A stretch of DNA of 64,000 nucleotides, taken from positions 138,724-202,723 of the forward strand of contig VKHO01000025.1 in the NCBI GenBank assembly GCA_011125455.1, written 5' to 3'. The position numbers were made by a program, and so were the translations under genes. Below, piece by piece: positions 8,192-17,552 of the stretch (position 1 is its first letter; each line of letters begins with the position of its first letter). A model generated the notes under the pieces. It worked only from the letters and a program-made list of their open reading frames with translations. It had not been told where the DNA came from and did no database searches. This DNA is from Chlamydiales bacterium STE3 (GTDB lineage: Bacteria > Chlamydiota > Chlamydiia > Chlamydiales > Parachlamydiaceae).

Positions 8192-9232
8192 TTAGAATTT
8201 ATTTGTTCCATAATAGTCCATTAGCATCTCAGCTTTTTTAAAATGAGCTTTTTTTAATTCTTGGTAAACTTTTAATCCTAGGGCATTTTCTCCTTGCTTA
8301 AAATAAAGGAGCCCTAGCTTGAACAACGTATCATGATCATGAGGGCGAAGGCTGATGATGGCCTCATAGGCCTTCATTTCCTCTTCTGGCATCTGCAAAT
8401 CGCGATAGCTATAGGCGAGCTGTGTGTAAATCCAGGGATCGTTTGGCGCGAACTCCTTAAGGATTTTGAACTCTTCAATGGCGCATTCTGCAGCCGCTCG
8501 AAAACGTTGCACCATCTCTTCATTGTATTTGCTATTTGGAATCCACTCATCATTTTCATAGCCTTCCATTTGTCGAGGATCTAGGTAAAGGCCCGAAAGC
8601 ATCACATAGGCATTAGCTAGGGCAGCATGCACATGCAAATTGGTTGGCTCACAGCGCACAAGTTTAAGATGTTCTTCTAGAGATGTTTTTAGTAAAAGTT
8701 CTTTAAACGCGTGTAAATCTTCCCAATGCCAATAACAACTGAATCGTTCTAAAAAAGGAGTTAAAAAGGAGAGCCATTTGGGAGGACTGTAAAAATAAAA
8801 CTCTCTTCCGTGCATGAGGTCGGCTAATTTGCAGCAGGCTTTAGCCAAGGCGATATGGTGGTCGATTTCACCATCCTGATAATGGATGGCTTGCTTGTAA
8901 TTCTCGATAAATTGGTAGCAGAGCTCTAAGATTTTTTCTGGCCTCTGAGCATTCAAGTACTGCTTAAGCATGAGGCAAGCAAAGAGTGTCATAAAAAAAC
9001 CTGCCAGGCCAAAAGCAAATAAAGAACTTTGCAAAAGAGAAGGGAAAAAAATTACCAGGAATATCAATTCACAAAAAGCAAAAAGAGAGAGGAGAAGTGT
9101 ATAAATGAAATGTGAGACGATCAGTCGGTCGAAGGCCTTCAGGACAGGCGAACCGATATTCTTGATTTCTCCATTAACTGGGGAACGATCAAATAATTCA
9201 TCTGTCAAGCGTCCTGCTTGAGCAAAAGCCAT
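8192..9232 (-). CDS. Membrane protein with TPR-like repeats
   Basis: Two N-terminal TM helices followed by a helical repeat region (AYSYRDLQMPEEEMKAYEAIISL, GLLYFKQGENALGLKVYQEL). Confidence 0.5.
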   Translation of the reverse strand: MAFAQAGRLTDELFDRSPVNGEIKNIGSPVLKAFDRLIVSHFIYTLLLSLFAFCELIFLVIFFPSLLQSSLFAFGLAGFFMTLFACLMLKQYLNAQRPEKILELCYQFIENYKQAIHYQDGEIDHHIALAKACCKLADLMHGREFYFYSPPKWLSFLTPFLERFSCYWHWEDLHAFKELLLKTSLEEHLKLVRCEPTNLHVHAALANAYVMLSGLYLDPRQMEGYENDEWIPNSKYNEEMVQRFRAAAECAIEEFKILKEFAPNDPWIYTQLAYSYRDLQMPEEEMKAYEAIISLRPHDHDTLFKLGLLYFKQGENALGLKVYQELKKAHFKKAEMLMDYYGTNKF

Positions 9233-9362
9233 AGCACCTAAAAAAAGTAAGTGAGATTAAAACGGCAGTTTAAACGTAAGGTTAATTTTTTGCACTCACG
9301 ACATGCTATTAATTAAAGTCTGAGGACTTATTCCGACCCCAAACTTTTTTGGAAGGAGCGGC

Positions 9363-10325
9363 TTATGTTCTTACCGCTTCTAAAGTTTCCGATTTTAGCT
9401 CTTCTTGATTAAATAACGTCAGCCCTAGAAAGACAATACCGGCAGAAAGATAGAATGGCCAAGTGATCGTTTCTCCCAGATACAGCCAGCCAAAAAAAGC
9501 AGCGAAAAGAGGGGTTGTGAAACCTGCAAACGACATGAAAGTTGCAGAGTAGTGCTTAAGTAACCAACCATATAAGTTATAGCAAATAAAATTTGAAACC
9601 AGAATTAAAACAAGCGTGCAAGTCAGAAAAGGGGCAAATTCTGTGACGGGAACCGGCGTCCAGCTTTCCACAAAAAAAGAGTGAATAAGAGCTATAGATC
9701 CGCCAATAAACATGCTCATGCCGTTAGCCATAATAGGAGAAAGGTGATTCTCTGAAACTAGCTGCTTAAGTAAGATCCAGCCATAGACGCTGCATAAGGC
9801 TGCCATAATGACAGAAATTTCTGCCCAGGAAAGAAAGAGAAAATGGCCTGTTGTTTCTTCTGAGGCTGTTTGGCTGAGCAAAATGGGAATGAATCCTGCA
9901 AAGCCAGTAATTAAACCAAGCCACTTTTTGGAGGTCATTCTTTCACCAAATACGAAGTAGGAGAGAAGCGCAGAGGTAAAAGGGGAAAGACTATAGATAA
10001 AGCAAGTTTTAAAAGAAGTTAGATACTTAAGCCCCCAGAATTCAAAGGCATTTGTCAAATAAATGGCGAAAAGGGCTAAGAGGGTCAGCCGCAGCAGATC
10101 TTTTTTGCGAAGAATAAAATGCTTTCTATGGAAAAGATATTGGTAACCTAAAAGTAGAGCCCCGGCAAAAAGCATCCGACTCCCTACGAGGAAAAGTGGT
10201 TCTGTATAATCTAAGGCTGTTTTAGCTGTTGTGAAAACACTTGCAAAAAGTGCATAGACTAAAATGACTAAAAACATATTATTATCTTCTTTTGAAGAAG
10301 AAGTATAAACAAACGCTTTAATCAT
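9363..10325 (-). CDS. DMT superfamily (EamA-like) transporter
   Basis: 320 aa with about 10 TM helices and two EamA-like halves. Confidence 0.7.
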   Translation of the reverse strand: MIKAFVYTSSSKEDNNMFLVILVYALFASVFTTAKTALDYTEPLFLVGSRMLFAGALLLGYQYLFHRKHFILRKKDLLRLTLLALFAIYLTNAFEFWGLKYLTSFKTCFIYSLSPFTSALLSYFVFGERMTSKKWLGLITGFAGFIPILLSQTASEETTGHFLFLSWAEISVIMAALCSVYGWILLKQLVSENHLSPIMANGMSMFIGGSIALIHSFFVESWTPVPVTEFAPFLTCTLVLILVSNFICYNLYGWLLKHYSATFMSFAGFTTPLFAAFFGWLYLGETITWPFYLSAGIVFLGLTLFNQEELKSETLEAVRT

Positions 10326-10395
10326 ATCAAGAGGTTCTTAGTTGTTCTCTTGAGAATTTATGACCACTATGCTAGGTTAGTGGGACAATTGTGGA

Positions 10396-11097
10396 GTGAA
10401 TAAAATGCTCAAGCAGAAGCTTTTGCTGATAGAGGATGAAGAAGACATTGCCGCATTGATTAAGATGCAAGCCGAGATGTCTGGCTTTAAAATTTACATT
10501 GAGACGGATGGATTAAATGGGTTTAGAGCAATAGAAAGAGAAAAACCCGAGCTAATTATCTTAGACATTATGCTCCCTGGATTAAATGGTCTTGACGTCT
10601 GTCGCAAAGTGAAAAATAATCCCGATTTAAAACACATTCCTATCATTTTGATTTCAGCGAAGAGTGAAGAGCTCGATGTCGTGTTAGGGCTAGAGCTCGG
10701 TGCAGATGACTATGTGACAAAACCCTTTTCTCCGAAAGTTCTTTTCTCCCGCATTAAGGCTGTATTGAGAAGAAAAGCCGAGCCTGAGGTCGCAATTCAG
10801 CTGATTGAGTTTGGGGAATTCTCCATGGACGTTGATCGCTATCAACTAAAAAAGAAAGACAAGCATATTCCTCTCACTCTGTCTGAATTTGGGATTCTGC
10901 GCCGTTTAGTCAGTCATCGAGGCAAAGTGTTAACACGCAATCAGCTTCTTGATGATCTTCAAAATGATGATGCTTTCATCGTGGATCGCAATATTGATGT
11001 GCATGTTGCTGCGTTGCGCAAAAAGTTAGGACCTTCTTTCGATTGGATCGAAACCGTTAGAGGCGTAGGTTACCGTTTTAAAGACGATGAGGATTAA
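10396..11097 (+). CDS. OmpR/PhoB-family response regulator
   Basis: Receiver domain (LLIEDEEDIA...ILDIMLPGLNG...ISAKSE...GADDYVTKPF) plus a winged-helix C-terminus (VDVHVAALRKKLG...IETVRGVGYRF). Confidence 0.85.
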   Translation: MNKMLKQKLLLIEDEEDIAALIKMQAEMSGFKIYIETDGLNGFRAIEREKPELIILDIMLPGLNGLDVCRKVKNNPDLKHIPIILISAKSEELDVVLGLELGADDYVTKPFSPKVLFSRIKAVLRRKAEPEVAIQLIEFGEFSMDVDRYQLKKKDKHIPLTLSEFGILRRLVSHRGKVLTRNQLLDDLQNDDAFIVDRNIDVHVAALRKKLGPSFDWIETVRGVGYRFKDDED

Positions 11098-11262
11098 TAG
11101 ACTTCTTACATAATTTGCTTTGCTTGAAAAAATTGATTATTTTTTTGAGTGAGAATTTATCGAAAAATTTTGAGAGCATATAAGTACATATGGTGGAAAA
11201 ATTTAACGATAAAGGCGCCAAAAAGGGTAATTTTAGCAAGCAAATGAAATGATGCAAGATGT

Positions 11263-12153
11263 CTAATGTTTTCTTGCTTTTAAGCGCGCCTTGATCTCTT
11301 GGATTCTTTCTTTGTCTAAGTTCACAAAAATGTTTTTCTTTCTGCTTATCTGGACTTTCCCTGCCTCTTTGCCTAACTTTGTCACATATTTTTTCTGGGT
11401 TAAGGCAATTTCTGCTTTGCTGCTTTCTCTCCCTTTGCTAAAAAAAAGAGCAAGTTGCAGCGCATCTTGCAACGCTTCTTCATCAATTTCCTTTCCTGAA
11501 GTGCGGAGGACAACATGTGAGCCTGGATATTCGTTGATATGCATCCAGTGATCATTCCCCTTGGCATAGCGAAATGTCAGTAAATCATTCCCTTTTGCAT
11601 TTTTTCCTACCCAAATCGATAAACCCGATGCGCTGAAGAACTCGTAAAAGGGGAGAGGAGGTTCTTCGCGTTGATTCTTTTTTTTTGCCTGTTGGGGATT
11701 AAGGTTTGTTTTGGCTTTAAACGCAAGGAGTTCTTCCTCTGTGACAATGGCTTCCAGTTCAATAAGTAAAGCTTCTTGCTTATTGAGTTCTTGCTGAGCT
11801 AATAAAAGCTGCCTTTGAAGAGGCTCTTGGCTTGCTTTAAGTTTTTTACTTTTTTTGAATCGCGCTGCGATCTCTTCATGAGGTTTTAGCCGAGGATCTA
11901 AAGCCATGCATATTATGCGCCCCTCTTGCTCCCAATCGGGTAGGGAAATCTCGCTAAGGCCTTTATTTAGCAAATATTGATACGAACTGAGAAGTTCTGC
12001 TTGATGATACTCTTTTTGCCAAGCAAGAGCGTGATTTAATGCTTCTTGGCATTTCAAAAGATACTTTTTGGTGGCTTTAAGATGCCTTTTAACAAGCTTT
12101 TTAAATTTTTTCTTTTCAGCACTTAAGAATGACTCAGCGGGGACATCCATCAA
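11263..12153 (-). CDS. DUF814 (NFACT-R) domain protein
   Basis: SASGLSIWVGKNAKGNDLLTFRYAKGNDHWMHINEYPGSHVVLR matches the DUF814 signature. The N-terminus is a Lys-rich coiled coil. Confidence 0.7.
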   Translation of the reverse strand: MMDVPAESFLSAEKKKFKKLVKRHLKATKKYLLKCQEALNHALAWQKEYHQAELLSSYQYLLNKGLSEISLPDWEQEGRIICMALDPRLKPHEEIAARFKKSKKLKASQEPLQRQLLLAQQELNKQEALLIELEAIVTEEELLAFKAKTNLNPQQAKKKNQREEPPLPFYEFFSASGLSIWVGKNAKGNDLLTFRYAKGNDHWMHINEYPGSHVVLRTSGKEIDEEALQDALQLALFFSKGRESSKAEIALTQKKYVTKLGKEAGKVQISRKKNIFVNLDKERIQEIKARLKARKH

Positions 12154-12156
12154 ACC

Positions 12157-13335
12157 TTATTCACTTGCAGTATAGCTCTCTTGCTTGATGGCCTCCAAGA
12201 GTTTTTGTGTGCGATCAGTACGCTCCCAGGTAAATTCTTCTTCGCTTCTTCCAAAGTGTCCCCCAGAAGCTGTTTTTAAAAAGATAGGCCGTCTTAAATG
12301 CAACATGTGGATCATGCCTTTTGGAGTTAAGTCAAAGACTAGCGGTAGGGCCCGCGCGATGATGCTTTCTGCAATTTTTCCAGTTCCCATTGTATCAACA
12401 CGAATCGAGATAGGGTGGCAGATGCCAATGGCATAAGAAATTTGCACTTCGCATCTTTTCGCGAGTCCTGCTGCGATGATATTTTTAGCAACGTAACGAG
12501 CTGCATAGGCTCCGGAGCGGTCAACTTTAGAAGGGTCTTTTCCGGAAAAGGCGCCTCCGCCATGGCGGCCAATACCCCCATAAGTATCTACAATGATTTT
12601 TCTTCCAGTCAATCCGGTATCAGCATCAGGTCCTCCAATGACAAAGCGTCCTGTGGGATTGATATAGAAAAGGGTGTTGTCATCGATCATTCCTGGAGGA
12701 GCAATTGAGAGAATTAATTGCTTCATGTCAGTTGTAATTCTTTCCAGAGACGCTTCTTCTCGATGTTGTGTGGAAAGGATAACAGTATGAATACGCACAG
12801 GTTCATGTTTTTCGTTATACTCGACTGTGACCTGTGACTTAGCATCAGGAAGGAGATAGGGGAGTGTTTTGTTGATACGGTAAAGGTTGAGAGTGCTCAA
12901 AATTTTATTAGCAAATGACAAAGGCAAAGGCATAAGTTCCGGTGTTTCATCAGAGGCATAGCCATACATTAACCCTTGGTCGCCGGCCCCCAATTCTTTA
13001 AATTCACTCTCGTCTACACCGAGGGCAATGTCCGGAGATTGCCTATTTAGCGTAGCTAAAATTCCGCAAGTCCTATAATCAAACCCAAGTTTTGGATCAT
13101 CATAGCCTATGCCCTTGATGATAGAGCGTACTACGTCTTGATAAGAAATAGTTGCATTTGTTGTTATTTCTCCTGCAAGAAGCACAAGCCCTTTAGTCAC
13201 TAGTGTTTCGCAAGCAACTTTTGAATAAGGATCTTGCTCAAGGCAAGCATCTAAGATGCCGTCAGAAATTTGATCGGCAATTTTATCCGGATGTCCTTGA
13301 GAAACAGATTCTGAGGTATAAAGATAATGGCTCAT
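12157..13335 (-). CDS. metK: S-adenosylmethionine synthetase
   Basis: MSHYLYTSESVSQGHPDKIADQISDGILDA..., GGGAFSGKDPSKVDRSGAYAARYVAKN. Full-length MetK. Confidence 0.95.
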   Translation of the reverse strand: MSHYLYTSESVSQGHPDKIADQISDGILDACLEQDPYSKVACETLVTKGLVLLAGEITTNATISYQDVVRSIIKGIGYDDPKLGFDYRTCGILATLNRQSPDIALGVDESEFKELGAGDQGLMYGYASDETPELMPLPLSFANKILSTLNLYRINKTLPYLLPDAKSQVTVEYNEKHEPVRIHTVILSTQHREEASLERITTDMKQLILSIAPPGMIDDNTLFYINPTGRFVIGGPDADTGLTGRKIIVDTYGGIGRHGGGAFSGKDPSKVDRSGAYAARYVAKNIIAAGLAKRCEVQISYAIGICHPISIRVDTMGTGKIAESIIARALPLVFDLTPKGMIHMLHLRRPIFLKTASGGHFGRSEEEFTWERTDRTQKLLEAIKQESYTASE

Positions 13336-13428
13336 AGTGATTGCCTATTGTAAAGGAGATAAGATTTCGATGGTATAGCAAAAAAAGTTTTTTCTGATAG
13401 TCTAAAACTTAAAAATAGGGAAGCCTTA

Positions 13429-13905
13429 ATGGCCTGGTTTGTTTGCTCAGTTTTTTTCTTGTTTGGCAGTTTTTCAGCATCGCCTGGGGGTACGCTGCCT
13501 GTTTCTTTTGTAGAGTTGACCAAAGATCCAGATGTGGCAAAGCAATGGCATGAAAAGCCAGTTCTTCTCCGTGGATTCCTCTACCAAGATAAGCAAGGGC
13601 AGTGGATATTAGCTTCTGAACCTAATCTTAAAAGTTGCTGTGTTGGCTCAGAATCTAAGCGCACTCATCAAATTTTTGTGCAACCGAAAGGCGCTTTTAA
13701 AACAACTCCTAAATCAGCAGTGACATTAAAGGGGGAATTCACCGTTGATCCTCAGAATCGTTACAACTATGTATTAAAAAATGCCTATTTAACGGAGGGT
13801 AATGCCAACCTTCTGCATATGCTAATAGTAGGGTTTGTTCTGATAGGCGTCTTTTTTATTCTTTACGTCGTAAAATACTGTCTTGCTCTTTTCTCAACTC
13901 ACTGA
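13429..13905 (+). CDS. Hypothetical membrane-anchored protein
   Basis: 158 aa with an N-terminal signal/TM segment and a C-terminal TM helix. Confidence 0.45.
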   Translation: MAWFVCSVFFLFGSFSASPGGTLPVSFVELTKDPDVAKQWHEKPVLLRGFLYQDKQGQWILASEPNLKSCCVGSESKRTHQIFVQPKGAFKTTPKSAVTLKGEFTVDPQNRYNYVLKNAYLTEGNANLLHMLIVGFVLIGVFFILYVVKYCLALFSTH

Positions 13906-14724
13906 CTCATGCACTTTGAAAGGGAAAGCAATAGAAACTTTTTCCATTCCATCCTGGAAGAATTTTTGGCCAAGGAGTTGGAATTTTTCAGGGTTATCTG
14001 TCACAAAAAATTGGCCTGGTTGAGGACAATTTAGGGGCGTTTCTAGTTGACATTCCTGAAGAGTTTGCTTGACTCTTTCAGCACAAGTCGAGGCCGAATC
14101 TACAATGGCGATTTCAGGGCCTAAAAAATCCTGAATCTGTTCTTGTAGAATTGGATAGTGGGTGCAACCAAGCAGAAGCGTATCGATAGGGTGTGCTTTT
14201 AATGGTGCCAAATACTCCTCGATGAGCATTTGGGCTACTTGATGATGATGGAATCCCTCTTCAACTAGCGGGACAAATAAAGGACAGGCAATGGAAACAA
14301 CTTTAGCCTGCGGATTTAGCTCTTGTATTTTCCTTTCATAGGCTTTGGATCGAATGGTCCCTTTTGTCCCTATAACACCAATGTGATGATTTTTTGTCAC
14401 TTTGAGAGCTTGCTCGGCCCCAGGAGTGACGACGCCAATCACTGGAATATTGAAAATGTTTTGGATTTTAGAAAGGGCAAAAGCAGTTGCTGTATTGCAA
14501 GCAATGACAAAGACCTTAATGTTCTGTTCCATCAGAAAGATCGCATTTTCGATCGTATAGCGGATAATCGTTTCTGGGCTTTTTTCTCCGTAAGGAAGGC
14601 GTGCAGTATCGCCGAGATAGATGATTTTTTCATTGGGAAGAACCCTGGCAATTTGCTGCATCACAGTAAGGCCGCCAAGGCCTGAATCAAAGACCCCAAT
14701 GGCCTGTGTGCGTTTGGAGTTCAT
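13894..14724 (-). CDS. murI: Glutamate racemase
   Basis: GVFDSGLGGLTV...YLGDTARLPYG...ACNTA...GCTHYP motifs. Confidence 0.9.
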   Translation of the reverse strand: MNSKRTQAIGVFDSGLGGLTVMQQIARVLPNEKIIYLGDTARLPYGEKSPETIIRYTIENAIFLMEQNIKVFVIACNTATAFALSKIQNIFNIPVIGVVTPGAEQALKVTKNHHIGVIGTKGTIRSKAYERKIQELNPQAKVVSIACPLFVPLVEEGFHHHQVAQMLIEEYLAPLKAHPIDTLLLGCTHYPILQEQIQDFLGPEIAIVDSASTCAERVKQTLQECQLETPLNCPQPGQFFVTDNPEKFQLLGQKFFQDGMEKVSIAFPFKVHESVS

Positions 14725-15377
14725 GGCTTACAAGGGATTTTGAGCGTTTTGCCAACAATGATTTTATCAGAATGCATCCCGTTGAGGTCTTTTATGGCTT
14801 GAACGGAAGTTTGGTGCGCTTTAGCAATTTTGGCGAGGCTATCTCCATTTTTGACTTTATAAAAGGCGGTTTCTAAGCAGTCTGCTTTTCCTTGAAAGGC
14901 TTCTAAAAGTGAAGAGAGGGCATTTTGCATATTAGTTAGATTGCGATTTTGAAGGGCAATGGAACTTTCGAGCTCAGTGATTTTTTTTTGATAGGCTTTG
15001 ATTGCGGCGCTTGTTTCATTGGCATGGGTGGAGAATTGTTTAAGATCGGCAATCAGTGCTTTGTTGGACTGCTCAAGTTGTGCGATGCGTAACTCTAAAG
15101 ATTGGTTTTTTGTATTAAGGGACTCTTTTTGCTGCTCTTTGCTACTCCCCATCTCATCGCGAACCGCTTCAAGCATCACTTCAAAATTCAGCAAGCGTTC
15201 TTCAAACATTTTGATTTCAGACTTGCTGTTATTGAATTGATGCTGGAGGCGGCTGCATGTGCCTTGAAGATCATTGAGCGCAGCAGCCTGTTCCTTAGAA
15301 GCCTTACTGCTATAAGCTTCTATAAAAAAAGGCGCTTGAGCTAATAAAATAAAGGCTAGCAGTCGCTTAAAAATCAT
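14721..15377 (-). CDS. Secreted coiled-coil protein with a C-terminal LysM domain
   Basis: Signal peptide, long heptad-rich region, then YKVKNGDSLAKIAKAHQTSVQAIKDLNGMHSDKIIVGKTLKIP (LysM). Start and stop overlap pal and murI respectively. Confidence 0.7.
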   Translation of the reverse strand: MIFKRLLAFILLAQAPFFIEAYSSKASKEQAAALNDLQGTCSRLQHQFNNSKSEIKMFEERLLNFEVMLEAVRDEMGSSKEQQKESLNTKNQSLELRIAQLEQSNKALIADLKQFSTHANETSAAIKAYQKKITELESSIALQNRNLTNMQNALSSLLEAFQGKADCLETAFYKVKNGDSLAKIAKAHQTSVQAIKDLNGMHSDKIIVGKTLKIPCKP

Positions 15378-16147
15378 CTTTGATAGACTCGAAATTCAGC
15401 TCTTCTGTTTTGTGCCCATGCTTCATCATGGTGTTCGAAAATCACAGGACGTTCTTTACCATAGGAAATTGTAAATACACGATCTGGATTTGCTCCTTCG
15501 TTTATAAGCAAATTGCGTACAGAATTTGCCCTTTTAGCCCCTAATGTCAAGTTGTAAGCATCTGGACCTCTTTCGTCACAATGGCCTGCAACAAAAAGAT
15601 AGGTTTGAGGGTGTCTTTTGAGATATTGAGCTATTTTGCGGATTGTGGATAAATCTTCATCATCTTGGACAAGATTGCTATTGTAGGCAAAATGGATTGT
15701 GCGAAAGACGGCTGCAAGTTGAGGGTCCATTGCTGGATCTTTAAAAGCCTCAATTCCTGGGAGAGCGCTATTAGGATCACCCGGAATATCCCTTGGCTGG
15801 GGAGCCCGGTAGTCACCCATCGAGGGGTTTTCATTATAAACATCTGTAATAGGAATGTAGTCACTTTCGCTCATGTAGTTATCCTGAGGCATAAATTCTT
15901 CTCTGGCGCAGACTGCGCGAGAATCCCCGTGTTTCCCCCCTAATGAACGCATGCCGCGGTACATGTGGCGTTGTGCCGTTTGTGTGTCTTCCCAAACCTC
16001 GTTTCCTGAACGGTTACAACTTGATAAGGCTCCCGCTAAGGCGACAACGATTAATAGAAAAATTCTGTTGCTCATATTCCCTACCCTCTCCTTGAATTCA
16101 ACAAGCATGCTAACAAAATTTACATGGCAAGTCCACAGAAAATCCAA
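15374..16147 (-). CDS. pal: Peptidoglycan-associated lipoprotein Pal (OmpA family)
   Basis: Lipobox LSSC. The OmpA C-terminal domain reads IHFAYNSNLV...GHCDERGPDAYNLTLGAKRANSV...RRAEF. Confidence 0.85.
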   Translation of the reverse strand: MDFLWTCHVNFVSMLVEFKERVGNMSNRIFLLIVVALAGALSSCNRSGNEVWEDTQTAQRHMYRGMRSLGGKHGDSRAVCAREEFMPQDNYMSESDYIPITDVYNENPSMGDYRAPQPRDIPGDPNSALPGIEAFKDPAMDPQLAAVFRTIHFAYNSNLVQDDEDLSTIRKIAQYLKRHPQTYLFVAGHCDERGPDAYNLTLGAKRANSVRNLLINEGANPDRVFTISYGKERPVIFEHHDEAWAQNRRAEFRVYQR

Positions 16148-16231
16148 CGAAAAAGAAGGTTCTTTGTAAAGGAGCTAACGTGAGAAATGGGTTTGATGGG
16201 TGGATTAGGCTTACACTGCTTTAACCTAAAA

Positions 16232-16270
16232 ATACTAAAGGCCAAACTCTCACGGCTTGGCCTTTAGTAT
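16232..16270 (-). terminator. Strong hairpin (14 bp perfect stem) between the inserted membrane-protein gene and pal
   Basis: atactaaaggccaa / ttggcctttagtat inverted repeat with an 11 nt loop. Confidence 0.4.
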
Positions 16271-16340
16271 CTATTCTTTTACTCTCCCAGCCCGATAACC
16301 CGTAAACGTTAAGGTTACAGGGCAGAGAATGGATCGGAAT

Positions 16341-17459
16341 TTAAGGAGTAATTACTTTAATTTTTTTATGAAAACGTGTGTCAGCATACAAATCAAAACC
16401 CATTTTAAAGAGGTTAATTGCAAACAATATTGTTAAAATGCCAAGACCACTGATGGCTAAAGGAGCAAATAGTGGGCTAAAGAGAAAGAGTGCAGTGGCA
16501 ATAAGACCTAACTTAGTTGTTAAAATACTCAAAACGCTTGAAAATTGTTTGTATTGAATCCGTGTTTTTAATGCCTCAAAAATTTGATCCATGCGCTTAT
16601 TGTACCCTGCCTTATCCCCATTATACTCAGAAGGGCGTCTAGCGTTATAAACACTTGTGATCTTTTTTTGGAGTAATTTAGTATCAACGCTGCAGTGGTT
16701 CTCTAAGAAATAATTTTGTTTTTTGAGAACACGGCAAGCACCCTTATAATCCGGTGTTTCCGGTGTATTAGGTTTTAGATACTTGTCTAATTTTTTAACC
16801 GTTTTCGAACTAAAATAAAGGCTTCTTGCATTCATTAAGATAGAGACAGATGAAAGGATAGTGCAGCCCACGCTGAGGGGCGTTGCCCAGCTCATAGCAG
16901 AAGCTCCAAGTGCGCCAAGCTCTACAAAAACGGTGGCAAGGGTGGAGGCTGCGTCACCTACATCGCTGATTCCACCAAGAACTCCTAAATACGCATCAAT
17001 TTTAGCTTCTCCTTGATTAGCAAAAAAGTCATGGCAACTCATTACGAGATTCTGCGCATCAAAAGGTAGGGAGAAGATACGGGTGAGTTCTGTTGCTGCA
17101 AAAGCTTTTGAAGCCCGAATAAGTGTGCCGAAGTAGGGGGTTACCAGTCCATACACGGCACGAGCTTCGCCACCGATCGTGTTCACCCATGATAAAGCAT
17201 CTCCACTTAGGATAAAGTTACGAGTTTTTTTTAATACCTTGGCACAAGAATGGCTCTTTTTTGTTTTTAAATTTTTTATAAAAAGCCCAGAATCGATTCT
17301 GGGAAGTTCCCATGGAATGGATGTTATTTCTGGTTTGTCATCCTTAGACCGAGAGACAATATTATAGAGATCGATAAAGCTTCTTTTAGGGCCATTAGAA
17401 TAATCTGAGAGACTTGAAGCTAACCTTGAAAGTGATGCTGAAGACATATTTTTCCCCAA
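16341..17459 (-). CDS. Hypothetical membrane protein with a bilobed hydrophobic domain (Inc-like), inserted between tolB and pal
   Basis: 372 aa. The C-terminal LGLIATALFLFSPLFAPLAISGLGILTILFAINLF is two hydrophobic lobes separated by a short turn, and a second Gly/Ala-rich hydrophobic stretch lies mid-protein. Confidence 0.55.
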   Translation of the reverse strand: MGKNMSSASLSRLASSLSDYSNGPKRSFIDLYNIVSRSKDDKPEITSIPWELPRIDSGLFIKNLKTKKSHSCAKVLKKTRNFILSGDALSWVNTIGGEARAVYGLVTPYFGTLIRASKAFAATELTRIFSLPFDAQNLVMSCHDFFANQGEAKIDAYLGVLGGISDVGDAASTLATVFVELGALGASAMSWATPLSVGCTILSSVSILMNARSLYFSSKTVKKLDKYLKPNTPETPDYKGACRVLKKQNYFLENHCSVDTKLLQKKITSVYNARRPSEYNGDKAGYNKRMDQIFEALKTRIQYKQFSSVLSILTTKLGLIATALFLFSPLFAPLAISGLGILTILFAINLFKMGFDLYADTRFHKKIKVITP

Positions 17460-17552
17460 AAAAATTAATGATAGAGATCTTACTTTTAGATACTCACGCG
17501 GTGAAATCGAATAACAACTTACAGAAGAGATCGCTTATAGGCAAGGAATTAT

